Assembly: GCA_038896535.1 (NCBI GenBank)
Contig: JAWACY010000003.1
Span: forward strand, 1-49,314
Length of the DNA: 49,314 nucleotides
Source of the DNA: Candidatus Anstonellales archaeon
GTDB taxonomy: Archaea; Micrarchaeota; Micrarchaeia; Anstonellales; J096
Direction: 5' to 3'
The translations under genes and the position numbers were made by a program. Below the pieces are notes generated by a model. It did no database searches, was not told the DNA's origin, and saw only the letters and a program-made list of their open reading frames with translations. Shown here piece by piece: positions 39,519 through 48,451 of this stretch; the stretch's first letter is position 1, and every line of letters begins with the position of its first letter.

Positions 39519-40403
39519 CTAATCTACTAATAATTTTAATCCGTCATATGCTATTATGATATTGCCTTTATAGTATTTTCTTGCCTGCTTTATTAATTGC
39601 TCTTCATCTTCTTTTCCATATCTTGAGCTTAGATGGGTCAGAACAAGGTTTTTAACATTCGCCTTTTCTGCTGTTATTGCTGCATCTTTTACTGTGCTGT
39701 GCTTTCTTGCTATTGCTTCTTCCTGCATTGACTCATCAAATGTTGCTTCATGAATAAGGACGTTTGCATTCATTGCCTCCTTTACTACATTTTCGCTGAA
39801 TGCTGTATCTCCAGTGTAAACAACTTTCCTGCCCTTTTTTACATAAGAGATGTCTTCAAGTTTAATTTCATTCTTCCCTATTGTTATTTTTCTCTTATTT
39901 AATATTTCTCTATACATTTTTCCCTTTATGCCGAGTTTTTCTGCTTTTTGAGAATAAAATTTTATTGTATCATCTTCTTTTATTACAAACCCAAAAGCTT
40001 CTTTCTCATGCCTTACTCTGAAAGATTTTACATAAAACCCATTAAATTGTACTTTAAAACCATCTTTTAGGCGAATGCAGTTTAAAAAAGGCCATTTGTT
40101 TATTAATAACTTCTCAAAATTCCCTGGGCTGTATATGTTAAGTGTTTCATTGCTTATGTTTGTTGATAATCTCAGTGTTTCTATAAGCCCAAATATGCCG
40201 AGAAAATGGTCCAGATGGAGATGGCTTATGAATATGTTTCTTATGCTTCCAAAACCAATTGACCTTTTCATAAGCTCTTTTTGACAGCATTCCCCAATAT
40301 CGAAAAGCAAAAGCTGGCCGTTATATCTAAAAGCAATGCATGGCATACCCCTATTAACTGAAGGTAATCCAGCAGATGTGCCTAAAAAAAATAGTTCCAT
40401 CAT
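39519..40403 (-). CDS. rnz: Ribonuclease Z
   Basis: LGTSAGLP, SHLHLDH, YTGDT, HEATF, HST, THLSSRY, flexible-arm insert. Confidence 0.95.
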   Translation of the reverse strand: MMELFFLGTSAGLPSVNRGMPCIAFRYNGQLLLFDIGECCQKELMKRSIGFGSIRNIFISHLHLDHFLGIFGLIETLRLSTNISNETLNIYSPGNFEKLLINKWPFLNCIRLKDGFKVQFNGFYVKSFRVRHEKEAFGFVIKEDDTIKFYSQKAEKLGIKGKMYREILNKRKITIGKNEIKLEDISYVKKGRKVVYTGDTAFSENVVKEAMNANVLIHEATFDESMQEEAIARKHSTVKDAAITAEKANVKNLVLTHLSSRYGKEDEEQLIKQARKYYKGNIIIAYDGLKLLVD

Positions 40404-41857
40404 ATATCCTGCCTGTCTTCTTTTAAAAATTCATATATGTTTTTTCTTAAATCTGTTAAGCTGACCCTTATCTGTTTTCCTGTGTCTCTAAACCTTATTG
40501 TTGCCATTTTATCTTCCAAGCTTTCGTGGTCTATTGTTATTGCATATGGAATGCCTATTTCATCTGCTTTTGCATATCTTTTTCCTATGCTACCCTTCTC
40601 GAGATAAAAAACAGAAATGCCTGAATCTTCAAATTCTTGTTTCAAAGCTCTTGATAAATTGACAATTCCTTCATTGTTTTGCACTAATGGAAAAACAGCA
40701 GCTTTATATGGGGCAATTGATGAAGGAAATTTAAACCATGCCCATTCTTTCTGGCCCTTTTCAACAAAGCAATGTTCAAGAATGCAAAATAATGTCCTCT
40801 CCAAACCTATTGACATTTCAAAAACATGTGGGGTAAATGCTTTTCCTTCCTCAACAACTGTTAAATCTTGTTTGCTGTATTGCATATGCTTGCTCAAGTC
40901 ATAATCAGTTCTGTATGCATTGCCAGCAATTTCTATTATGCCATAGCTTGTTTTTACTTCTAAATCTATATTGCCTTTTGAATAATGGGGGGTCTCAAAT
41001 TTTTCGAGATGCCTGAACCACATATCTTTTATGCCAACATTAGAGAAGAATAGCCACTGCTTTGCTAAATAATAAGCAAATATTTCAGAGCATATGCCTT
41101 TTTCAACAAGGCTCTGTGCATTTTCTTTTACTATCCTATCTTCCCCTCTATGTTTAAAATTAAAGCTTACATGTTTTATGTCATTAAATGCATTATGCCT
41201 ATCAAAGCTTGGGTTAAAAAAATATTCAAACTCCATCTGATGAAATTCTCTAAGCCTTATAAGGCCTTTTCTAGGGCTTATCTCATTCCTGAAACTTTTT
41301 CCGACTTGAGCAATTGCAAATGGAAGCTTTCCGGCTATTTTGTAAAATCTTGGGAAAGATGTAAACATGCCTTGTGCTGTTTCGGGGCGTAAAAAAGCCT
41401 TTGTGCCGTCATAACCTATAAATGTTGGAAACATGAGATTTATTGTATAAATATCCTTTATTTCAGCCATGCATTTTGGACATTTCAGCCTTTTTCTTAC
41501 TGCTTTTAGCTCATTTATGTTGCCATTCCATAAAAAGCCATCTATTTGCTCTTCTGCAAGTTTATCAGCCCTTGTTTTATAACCGCACTTGCTACATTCA
41601 GCAACAGGATCTGTAAATTCAGAAACATGGCCGCTTGCTTCTAAAACTATGCTTGGCGTAACAATAGCAGTTTCTATTTCATATGCATTCTCTGATTCTA
41701 TAAAAAGTTTTCTCCATAATGATATGATATTTCTTTTTATTAAAACTCCTATAGGACCATATTCATAAAATCCAGCTATGCTTCCATATATCTCATTACT
41801 TGGATAAAATATAAGCCTGCTTAATGCTATCTCAAATACTCTTTCATGCAGTTCCAT
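40400..41857 (-). CDS. glyS: Glycine--tRNA ligase (alpha2 type)
   Basis: EIYG, ASGHV, LRPETAQG, FRNEISPR, REFHQME, HYS, SIGKRYAKADEIGIPY. Confidence 0.96.
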   Translation of the reverse strand: MELHERVFEIALSRLIFYPSNEIYGSIAGFYEYGPIGVLIKRNIISLWRKLFIESENAYEIETAIVTPSIVLEASGHVSEFTDPVAECSKCGYKTRADKLAEEQIDGFLWNGNINELKAVRKRLKCPKCMAEIKDIYTINLMFPTFIGYDGTKAFLRPETAQGMFTSFPRFYKIAGKLPFAIAQVGKSFRNEISPRKGLIRLREFHQMEFEYFFNPSFDRHNAFNDIKHVSFNFKHRGEDRIVKENAQSLVEKGICSEIFAYYLAKQWLFFSNVGIKDMWFRHLEKFETPHYSKGNIDLEVKTSYGIIEIAGNAYRTDYDLSKHMQYSKQDLTVVEEGKAFTPHVFEMSIGLERTLFCILEHCFVEKGQKEWAWFKFPSSIAPYKAAVFPLVQNNEGIVNLSRALKQEFEDSGISVFYLEKGSIGKRYAKADEIGIPYAITIDHESLEDKMATIRFRDTGKQIRVSLTDLRKNIYEFLKEDRQDI

Positions 41858-41877
41858 TAATGTTTTTTATGAGAAGG

Positions 41878-41886
41878 TTTTTAAAA
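41878..41886. promoter_or_regulatory. Putative shared bidirectional TATA box (glyS-rnz / HARP-rnl)
   Basis: TTTTTAAAA centred between ATG 41857 (-) and ATG 41908 (+). Confidence 0.6.
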
Positions 41887-41907
41887 TATTGTTAGAGATA
41901 TGCTAAA

Positions 41908-42456
41908 ATGGCAAGGAAATTTGTCATAGATACTAGCGTTTTTCTTAACCCTGATTCAATAAAAGGGTTTGCTAAAAATCCAAAGCAAGCATTAGAGAAA
42001 TTTATTGATTTGATAAAGAAAAACAGGGAAGTTGAAGTTTATATTCCTTCAGCCATTTATAATGAGCTTGGCCATTTTTTGGATAATGTTAATGCTATGT
42101 CTCCATATGTAAGGATAAGAACGCCAAATCTTTACAGTGTTTATATTCCAGCAGCTGTTATGCATTCATTAATAAATAATGTAAGAGATAGAATAAATAA
42201 GGGCTTGAGAATAGCAGAGGAATATGCAAGATTAAATTATGTTAAGCCAGAAGACATAGCAAAACTTAGAGAAAAATACAGAGAAGCATTAAGAACTGGC
42301 ATTATTGACAGCAAAGAAGATTTTGAAGCAATAATACTGGCAAAAGAAATTGATGCTACTCTTGTGACTGCTGATGAAGGAATGATAAATATGGCAAGAG
42401 AGATTGGCTGTGAATATATGGAGCCAAAAGCATTCTTCAGGTTTATTAAGGAATGA
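41908..42456 (+). CDS. RNA-free RNase P (HARP; PIN domain, 'RNA ligase partner' family)
   Basis: FVIDTS, RDRINKGLRIAE, LREKYREALRTGIIDSKED, LVTADEG. Adjacent to the RNA ligase. Confidence 0.92.
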   Translation: MARKFVIDTSVFLNPDSIKGFAKNPKQALEKFIDLIKKNREVEVYIPSAIYNELGHFLDNVNAMSPYVRIRTPNLYSVYIPAAVMHSLINNVRDRINKGLRIAEEYARLNYVKPEDIAKLREKYREALRTGIIDSKEDFEAIILAKEIDATLVTADEGMINMAREIGCEYMEPKAFFRFIKE

Positions 42457-43505
42457 ACATGGCAGGGAAATTAGAAAAGCAAAAGGCGAAGGCAATAAGA
42501 GAAACGTTTGAAGATATAACATATTTAAGATGGGTGAAAGAAGAAAAAGGGCATGAGAGGGGCTGTGTTGATATAAATGCATTACATTTACATGCTTATG
42601 GGCATATAAAAAGAGTGCTAAATTTAGAGAATGGCATAAAGGCAAATTTTAAAAATGCATTTTATGTGCAAGAAAAAGTAGATGGTTATAATGTTAGGGT
42701 CATATCATTAAATGGAAATTTATATGCATTTTCTAGGAGTGGCTATATCGAAGCATTTGCAACAGAGAAATTGAGAAATGATAAGTTGTATAAAGGCATA
42801 AAATACTTAGCAGATAATGGCTTTATTGTTTGTGGAGAAATGCTTGGCAATACACCATATACAAGGCCAAGAGAAGATTATGATTATATGTTCCTTGTTT
42901 TTGATTTAATAAAAGATGGAAAGTTTTTAATGCCTGATGAGATTGAGAAACATGCAAAAAAATATGATATAAAAGTTGTGCCTTATTATGGCATTTTCGA
43001 TCCTAATAAGAGAGAGCATGTTGAGAAATTAAAAAATCTTGTAAAAAGCCTAAACGAGCAGGGAAAAGAAGGCATTGTAATGAAAAATCATGAAACAAGG
43101 ATAAAGTATGTATTCGCCAATAATGAAGCAAGACATTTTTCAAAAGCACATGAAATGCTTTTTGATTTTCCATCTGGCTATTTTCAAGAGAGATTGCTGA
43201 GGGCAGCATTGTTTAAGCATGATTTTAATGCACATGTTGAAGTTGATCCTATAAATGCAGTAATAAATGGATTGAACAAGTTCATTGAAAAAGGTTATGT
43301 TTATTCAACATTTAGAATAAGGGTTGATGCTTTGACAACATGGCTTGACATAAAAAAGAGGTTAAGAAAGAGCAAGGAAATATCAATAAAGGAAGTTGAA
43401 ATAAATAAGCTTGATGGGAAGTATGAGATTATTTTCGAGAGGATATACAAGAAAACAACGAACAAGTTAAAAGCATGGCTCAATGGAAAGGCATTTGAAG
43501 ATTAA
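42453..43505 (+). CDS. ATP-dependent RNA ligase, Pab1020/Rnl3 family
   Basis: Motif I EKVDGYNVR, AFSRSG, CGEM, VFDL, EGIVMK, IKY. ATGA overlap with HARP. Confidence 0.9.
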   Translation: MNMAGKLEKQKAKAIRETFEDITYLRWVKEEKGHERGCVDINALHLHAYGHIKRVLNLENGIKANFKNAFYVQEKVDGYNVRVISLNGNLYAFSRSGYIEAFATEKLRNDKLYKGIKYLADNGFIVCGEMLGNTPYTRPREDYDYMFLVFDLIKDGKFLMPDEIEKHAKKYDIKVVPYYGIFDPNKREHVEKLKNLVKSLNEQGKEGIVMKNHETRIKYVFANNEARHFSKAHEMLFDFPSGYFQERLLRAALFKHDFNAHVEVDPINAVINGLNKFIEKGYVYSTFRIRVDALTTWLDIKKRLRKSKEISIKEVEINKLDGKYEIIFERIYKKTTNKLKAWLNGKAFED

Positions 43506-43609
43506 TGATATTAGAATAATAATGGCTTAGTAAAAGTTAGTAATATGCTTATGTAAAATATGGCCATAAAATGCTGCTATAAAATATCACTATAAAATAT
43601 TAAGCTATG

Positions 43610-45898
43610 TTAAGCTATAACGCTCACTTCTGTTTTTTCTTTTTTATCATCTTTTCTTGTAAATAAAAATACTTTTCCTAATGAGGTGTCCTTAAGCCTT
43701 TCATCATGTGTTATTATAAATAATTGCTCTACTGAATCGCTTATCTGCTCCCTTATAAAGTATTTTAGTGCCTCAACTCCAGCATCGTCTAAATTATGCG
43801 TTGGCTCATCTAGAATAAGCCACCTCAACCTTTTTGATAAAATAAAGGAAAGAGACATTCTTAATGCAAGTGCATAAACCGCTCTCTCTCCTCCACTTGC
43901 AACTGTATCAAGAAGCTTATGCTCTTTCCCATTTGAGACATAAAATCTATAATCCCCATCCTCATCAATGCTTATGAATGCTGAGACATAGTCTTTATAT
44001 GGGTATAAAATCTGCCAAAAGCTGGCTATTGCACTGTTCAATGCTTCTATAATGCTATCTCTCCTTAATGTTTGATATTGCTCCAAAGCCTGCTCTATAA
44101 TGGCAAAGTCATTTGCAAGTTTCTCTAACCTTTTTATCTTTTTCTCTCTCTTTATATTTTCGTTTAATTCTTTTTCTATTCTTGCAGCCATGCTTGTGAA
44201 TGTCTCAAATTTTTCTTTATTTGCTTTTATTCTTTCTTGCACTGCTGATAGTGCTTTTAATTTATTGCTATAAGCTTCATTGAGCCCATCAAGCTTTTTG
44301 TCGTCAAAAGCTATCTCCTTTATCTGATTTTCTATCAATATTTTGTCTTTCTCATAAGCTTTGTATGCTTTAGCTTCTTTTAATTTTATATCTATTGCAT
44401 ATAAATCTTTTTCAAGAACATTTACTTTTTCTAAAATTTCAGATATTTCTTTTTTTATTCTGTCAAATTCTTCCTTTTCGTTATTATAATTTTGCTTAGC
44501 ATTATTAACTTGTTCTTCATCGACTTTTACTGAATTAAGTTTCTCGCTTATCATTGCTTTTTGCTCTTCCAATGATTTATAATTATTCATGTCTTTTTCA
44601 ATTTCCTGCTTTTTTTTCATTAACCTGCTCAATTCTTCCTTTTCTTTTTCCATTTTTGCATTGCTTTCTTTTATTACTGATATCCAAAATTTCATAACTA
44701 CTTCTATGCCTTCTTTTCCAAGCTCTGTATTGCATGTTGGGCATCTTCCTTTTTTAGCGTTCTTTAAATGCTCTATTGCAATCTCAGCCTTTTTTATCTC
44801 TGAAAATAGGGATTTTATTGTTGATTGTTTATCTATAATTATTTTATTTATGTTATCCATATTTTCTTGCATTGCTTTTGCATCATATAAAGATATTTTC
44901 TCAATAATCTTATCAAGATTTGACTTTAATGTTATTTTATCTTTTAACTCCTTGTTTAGATGCAAATACATCTCATATGCGTTTCTTAACCTATTTTCCT
45001 GCCTTTTTATCTTTTCTTCAAGCAGTTTTTGTTTTTCCTTAAGTCCATCAAGCATTGTCTTTATCTCATTGTATTTAATCTCATTCTCTTTTTCTTTTTT
45101 ATAACTGCCTTCAAATTCAGCCATTTTCCCCTCAAGTTGTTTCTGCTTGCTCAAAAGTTCGTTGTGCCATTCTCTATTTTTTAGCATTTCTGCCCTTTCT
45201 TTTTTTATTTCATTAAATTCATTTTCCAATTTTTTTAAATACTCTATATCCTTGCTTATATTATCAGCAAGCTCCTGTATCTGTTTTTTTATTTTATTTA
45301 ACTCCTCTATTTTTTCTTCTGTTCTAAATGTAGAGGCTTGTTCATATAATGCTTTATAATGCGCCCTTAGCTGATTGCTCACTGTCTTAGCCTTTTTTGC
45401 TGCTTCCTGTATCTTATCAATGCCAAGTAATCTATCAATAAGCATTTTTCTCTCAGAAGGCCTTGCATTCAATAAGCTTTCTAAGGCATTTTGTTCTGCA
45501 TATACTGCTTTTGAGAATGTATCATAGTCAAATCCTAAAATGTGTTCTGCTATCTCGCTAACCCTTTCATTGCCCTGCTCAATCATAATGTTGTTTTTAT
45601 AAAATACTGCCTTTGACTGGCCTTTTCTTGATATTGTCCTTTCTATTCTGTATTCATTTCCGTCAATAGAAAGAGTGATTATGATATTTGCATTATCTCT
45701 GCCATGACTTATTAAATCATCTAATCTCATTTCCCTGCTTGTCTTGGGGCTTGTGCCATAAATAGCATAAGCAATTGCCTTTAACACACTGCTTTTTCCA
45801 GAACCCATTATGCCAACAAAAATATTAGTGCCTTTATTGAACTCAAGCTTTGTATGCTCATGGCTTGTCCAGTTTTTTAATTCAATAGATTTTATCAC
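43610..45898 (-). CDS. rad50: Rad50/SbcC-type ATPase
   Basis: Walker A GIMGSGKSS, Q-loop YAEQ, Zn hook CPTC, signature SGGE, Walker B ILDEPT, ITHD. Confidence 0.88.
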   Translation of the reverse strand: MIKSIELKNWTSHEHTKLEFNKGTNIFVGIMGSGKSSVLKAIAYAIYGTSPKTSREMRLDDLISHGRDNANIIITLSIDGNEYRIERTISRKGQSKAVFYKNNIMIEQGNERVSEIAEHILGFDYDTFSKAVYAEQNALESLLNARPSERKMLIDRLLGIDKIQEAAKKAKTVSNQLRAHYKALYEQASTFRTEEKIEELNKIKKQIQELADNISKDIEYLKKLENEFNEIKKERAEMLKNREWHNELLSKQKQLEGKMAEFEGSYKKEKENEIKYNEIKTMLDGLKEKQKLLEEKIKRQENRLRNAYEMYLHLNKELKDKITLKSNLDKIIEKISLYDAKAMQENMDNINKIIIDKQSTIKSLFSEIKKAEIAIEHLKNAKKGRCPTCNTELGKEGIEVVMKFWISVIKESNAKMEKEKEELSRLMKKKQEIEKDMNNYKSLEEQKAMISEKLNSVKVDEEQVNNAKQNYNNEKEEFDRIKKEISEILEKVNVLEKDLYAIDIKLKEAKAYKAYEKDKILIENQIKEIAFDDKKLDGLNEAYSNKLKALSAVQERIKANKEKFETFTSMAARIEKELNENIKREKKIKRLEKLANDFAIIEQALEQYQTLRRDSIIEALNSAIASFWQILYPYKDYVSAFISIDEDGDYRFYVSNGKEHKLLDTVASGGERAVYALALRMSLSFILSKRLRWLILDEPTHNLDDAGVEALKYFIREQISDSVEQLFIITHDERLKDTSLGKVFLFTRKDDKKEKTEVSVIA

Positions 45899-45928
45899 AA
45901 CATTATTTCGCAGAACATTATAAAAATT

Positions 45929-46159
45929 TTATTCAAAGCAACTGCAAAGCGTTTCTGGTTGTTCGCATCTAGCACACATTGGTAGGAGATGAACACTTCC
46001 ACATTTGTGCTTTTCATCAAATTTTTCGAGGAAAATACCGCATGCTTCACACTTAAAACCATGAGTTGCCCCACCGCATATTGCACAATGCCCTGAAAAT
46101 ACTCTTGATGCTGGTGGAGCTTTGACCTTTGCAGGCTTCTTCTTCTGCCTTTTTCTCAT
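45929..46159 (-). CDS. Small basic Cys-rich zinc-finger protein
   Basis: CAIC, CEAC, HKC, CARC, CSC and a K/R-rich N-terminus. TTTTTAAA ~23 nt upstream. Confidence 0.75.
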   Translation of the reverse strand: MRKRQKKKPAKVKAPPASRVFSGHCAICGGATHGFKCEACGIFLEKFDEKHKCGSVHLLPMCARCEQPETLCSCFE

Positions 46160-46190
46160 ACTCTCACATTAAAAAGTAGGGTTTAAAAAC

Positions 46191-47531
46191 TTAATCAATT
46201 TTTGATTTCTTTTCAAAATGCTTCATTACATGAAGGCAATGCATATCTCTTCCATAATTTGCCATTACTTGAATACCAATGCCAAATTTCTCTCTGTTGT
46301 GTTCGCTTTTATATGGCACTGAGCCAGCAGGCAGGCCAGTTAAGTTTGCTGTTACTGTTGCAATATCTGCCAAATACATCTGTAGCGCACTTTTTTTCTC
46401 ATTGAACTTCCATGGCAATGTTGTCATTGTTGGAGTTATTATACAATTATATTTGCTAAAAATTGACTCTATTCTTTCTTTTAGTGCCTGTCTTGCCCTC
46501 AATGCCTTTTTATACCATGCATCAACATATTCTTTGCTTGTTATGAAAGTCCCCATTATAATGCGCCTTTTGACTTCCTCTCCAAGATATTTGCCTCTCA
46601 ATTCAGCTATGCTTTCCATTCTTTCGTCAATGCCCTTTATTTTCCCGTATCTTATCCCATCATATCTCTGCATTGCTGATGAAAATTCTGCACAGACATT
46701 TAAGTAATAGATTGCTATTGCCATATCAATGCCAGGAATTGAAACAAGCTCATAATCTTCATTTTCTAATGCTGATAAAAGCTCCTGCTTTACAATGTCT
46801 TCGCTTCCTTCTAGAATTTCTTTTATTACTGCTATTTTTGGTTTTTCTTTTGCATCATTAGGCTTGTAGAAAAATGTTGTATTATCTTTATAATCAATGC
46901 CCCTAATTGCAAGGAACACATCTTCAACATCATTTACAGACATTGCTAAAGGCCCTATCTGGTCAAGGCTCATGCCTAAATCTGCAAGCCCATATCTGCT
47001 AACAGCAGCATAGCTTGGCTTAAATCCAACAACATTGCAAAATGCTGCTGGGCATCTTATGCTCCCGCCTGTATCGCTTCCAAGAGCAAAATCGCAAAAA
47101 CCTGCCTTTACAGAACATGCACTGCCACCAGAACTTCCGCCTGGAACATAGTCATTATCTATAGGATTTTTAACATTTCCAAATGCACTTTTTGTGTTAT
47201 CGCTCCCGCAAGCGAATTCATCCATATTTGCACTGCCTATTATTACTGCCCCTTCATCATTTATTTTATCTATAACACTCGCATTGTATGGAGCGTAATA
47301 ATGCTCTAAAATTTTGCTGGCACAAGTAAGCCTTTTACCCTTTATTGCAATGTTATTTTTCACAACTGCTATTTTGCCAAACAATTTTCCTCTTCTTCCT
47401 TTTTTTGCTTCGTTGTCAAGCATCTCAGCCCTTTTTAATGCTTCTTCTTCATATATGTCAAGCAATGCATTAAGCTTCTTATTCATCTTCTTTATCTTAT
47501 CAAGAAATTGCTCAACCCTATCCTTTATCAT
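46191..47531 (-). CDS. gatA: Asp/Glu-tRNA amidotransferase subunit A
   Basis: NMDEFACGS, PGGSSGGS, GSDTGGSIRCPA, RYDGIRYG, EVKRRI. Confidence 0.95.
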   Translation of the reverse strand: MIKDRVEQFLDKIKKMNKKLNALLDIYEEEALKRAEMLDNEAKKGRRGKLFGKIAVVKNNIAIKGKRLTCASKILEHYYAPYNASVIDKINDEGAVIIGSANMDEFACGSDNTKSAFGNVKNPIDNDYVPGGSSGGSACSVKAGFCDFALGSDTGGSIRCPAAFCNVVGFKPSYAAVSRYGLADLGMSLDQIGPLAMSVNDVEDVFLAIRGIDYKDNTTFFYKPNDAKEKPKIAVIKEILEGSEDIVKQELLSALENEDYELVSIPGIDMAIAIYYLNVCAEFSSAMQRYDGIRYGKIKGIDERMESIAELRGKYLGEEVKRRIIMGTFITSKEYVDAWYKKALRARQALKERIESIFSKYNCIITPTMTTLPWKFNEKKSALQMYLADIATVTANLTGLPAGSVPYKSEHNREKFGIGIQVMANYGRDMHCLHVMKHFEKKSKID

Positions 47532-47542
47532 TTTATCACATG

Positions 47543-47860
47543 CTATTCTTTTAAAGACTTTGGCGCCTTTGCATATCTATTTTTTATTTGTGAAAACTGG
47601 CTTATTATAAGGTTTGGATCACAAGTCTGTTTATCAATATCTTCTCTTAATGGAGGTTTAGCCTCAAACATATGGGAACTTTCTTTAAACGTTTCTTTGT
47701 TTTTAACAAATTGTTTTTCTATATCTGCAATGACACTAAAATATGACAATATTTCTTCAAAATCTTTCTCAAGTTTTTCTGCATCTCTCTCATTTATTTT
47801 TATTCTAGCAAGCTCAGCAATTCTCATTACTTCTTCTTTTGTTATTCTTGCTTTTTGCAT
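47543..47860 (-). CDS. gatC: Asp/Glu-tRNA amidotransferase subunit C
   Basis: ITKEEVMRIAELARI, ILSYF, LRED. Directly upstream of gatA. Confidence 0.9.
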   Translation of the reverse strand: MQKARITKEEVMRIAELARIKINERDAEKLEKDFEEILSYFSVIADIEKQFVKNKETFKESSHMFEAKPPLREDIDKQTCDPNLIISQFSQIKNRYAKAPKSLKE

Positions 47861-47908
47861 AAAAAGATATTGACATAATGTTTATAAAACTGCTATTTAT
47901 AATGTTTA

Positions 47909-48451
47909 TCATAACCCACTATCATTTCTGTTTCCATATTTTTTTATCTTCTCTAATAAAAGGTCTCTTATTTTTGTAGCGTTTTCTTCATTCAGCCCAT
48001 CTATATGGGCTAAAGGAGCAGATGTTTCAGCAGCAGTTGCTAAATGAACATCATATAGCCCAAATAATTTATCTAGAACATCTTGGTCTATATAAACATC
48101 CTGTATTCTGTAATAGGGAAACGATATCTGTGATTTAAACCAAACACCCTTTCTTATTATAATGCTATCTTCTTTTATATTGTAATAATACGTTTTGTAA
48201 TAAAGCTTTGAGTACCAATATGAGAATAATAAAAGCACAAAATAAAAAATAAGACAAAATGCCCCGGTAGTATAAACAAAATTAGCATTTATATTAATGA
48301 ATTGAATTAATGCTATAAATACGGTAGATAATAACATTGGTATTAATATGCCATAATATAAAAATGTTGATATTGTCTTCTTTATTATCTTATTCTTATG
48401 CAAAGGAATTTTAACACAAGTTGCTTCAGGATCTTGTTCAAATACCGGCAT
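47909..48451 (-). CDS. YdbS-like 2-TM plus bacterial PH (bPH_2) domain protein, copy 1
   Basis: IIRKGVWFKSQISFPYYRIQDVYIDQ...LFGL...HIDGL. SD GGTGG before ATG 48451 (track start 48469). Confidence 0.85.
   Translation of the reverse strand: MPVFEQDPEATCVKIPLHKNKIIKKTISTFLYYGILIPMLLSTVFIALIQFININANFVYTTGAFCLIFYFVLLLFSYWYSKLYYKTYYYNIKEDSIIIRKGVWFKSQISFPYYRIQDVYIDQDVLDKLFGLYDVHLATAAETSAPLAHIDGLNEENATKIRDLLLEKIKKYGNRNDSGL

Noticed and set aside
45895..46086. 63-aa ORF overlapping the rad50 start
   Set aside because: Overlaps the more convincing Cys-rich 76-aa ORF in another frame.
1220..47873. Numerous short ORFs nested in or antisense to long genes (e.g. 5599-6177, 35568-36020, 44589-45104, 46279-46707)
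   Set aside because: F/S/L-rich antisense or off-frame shadows of well-supported genes with no recognisable motifs.
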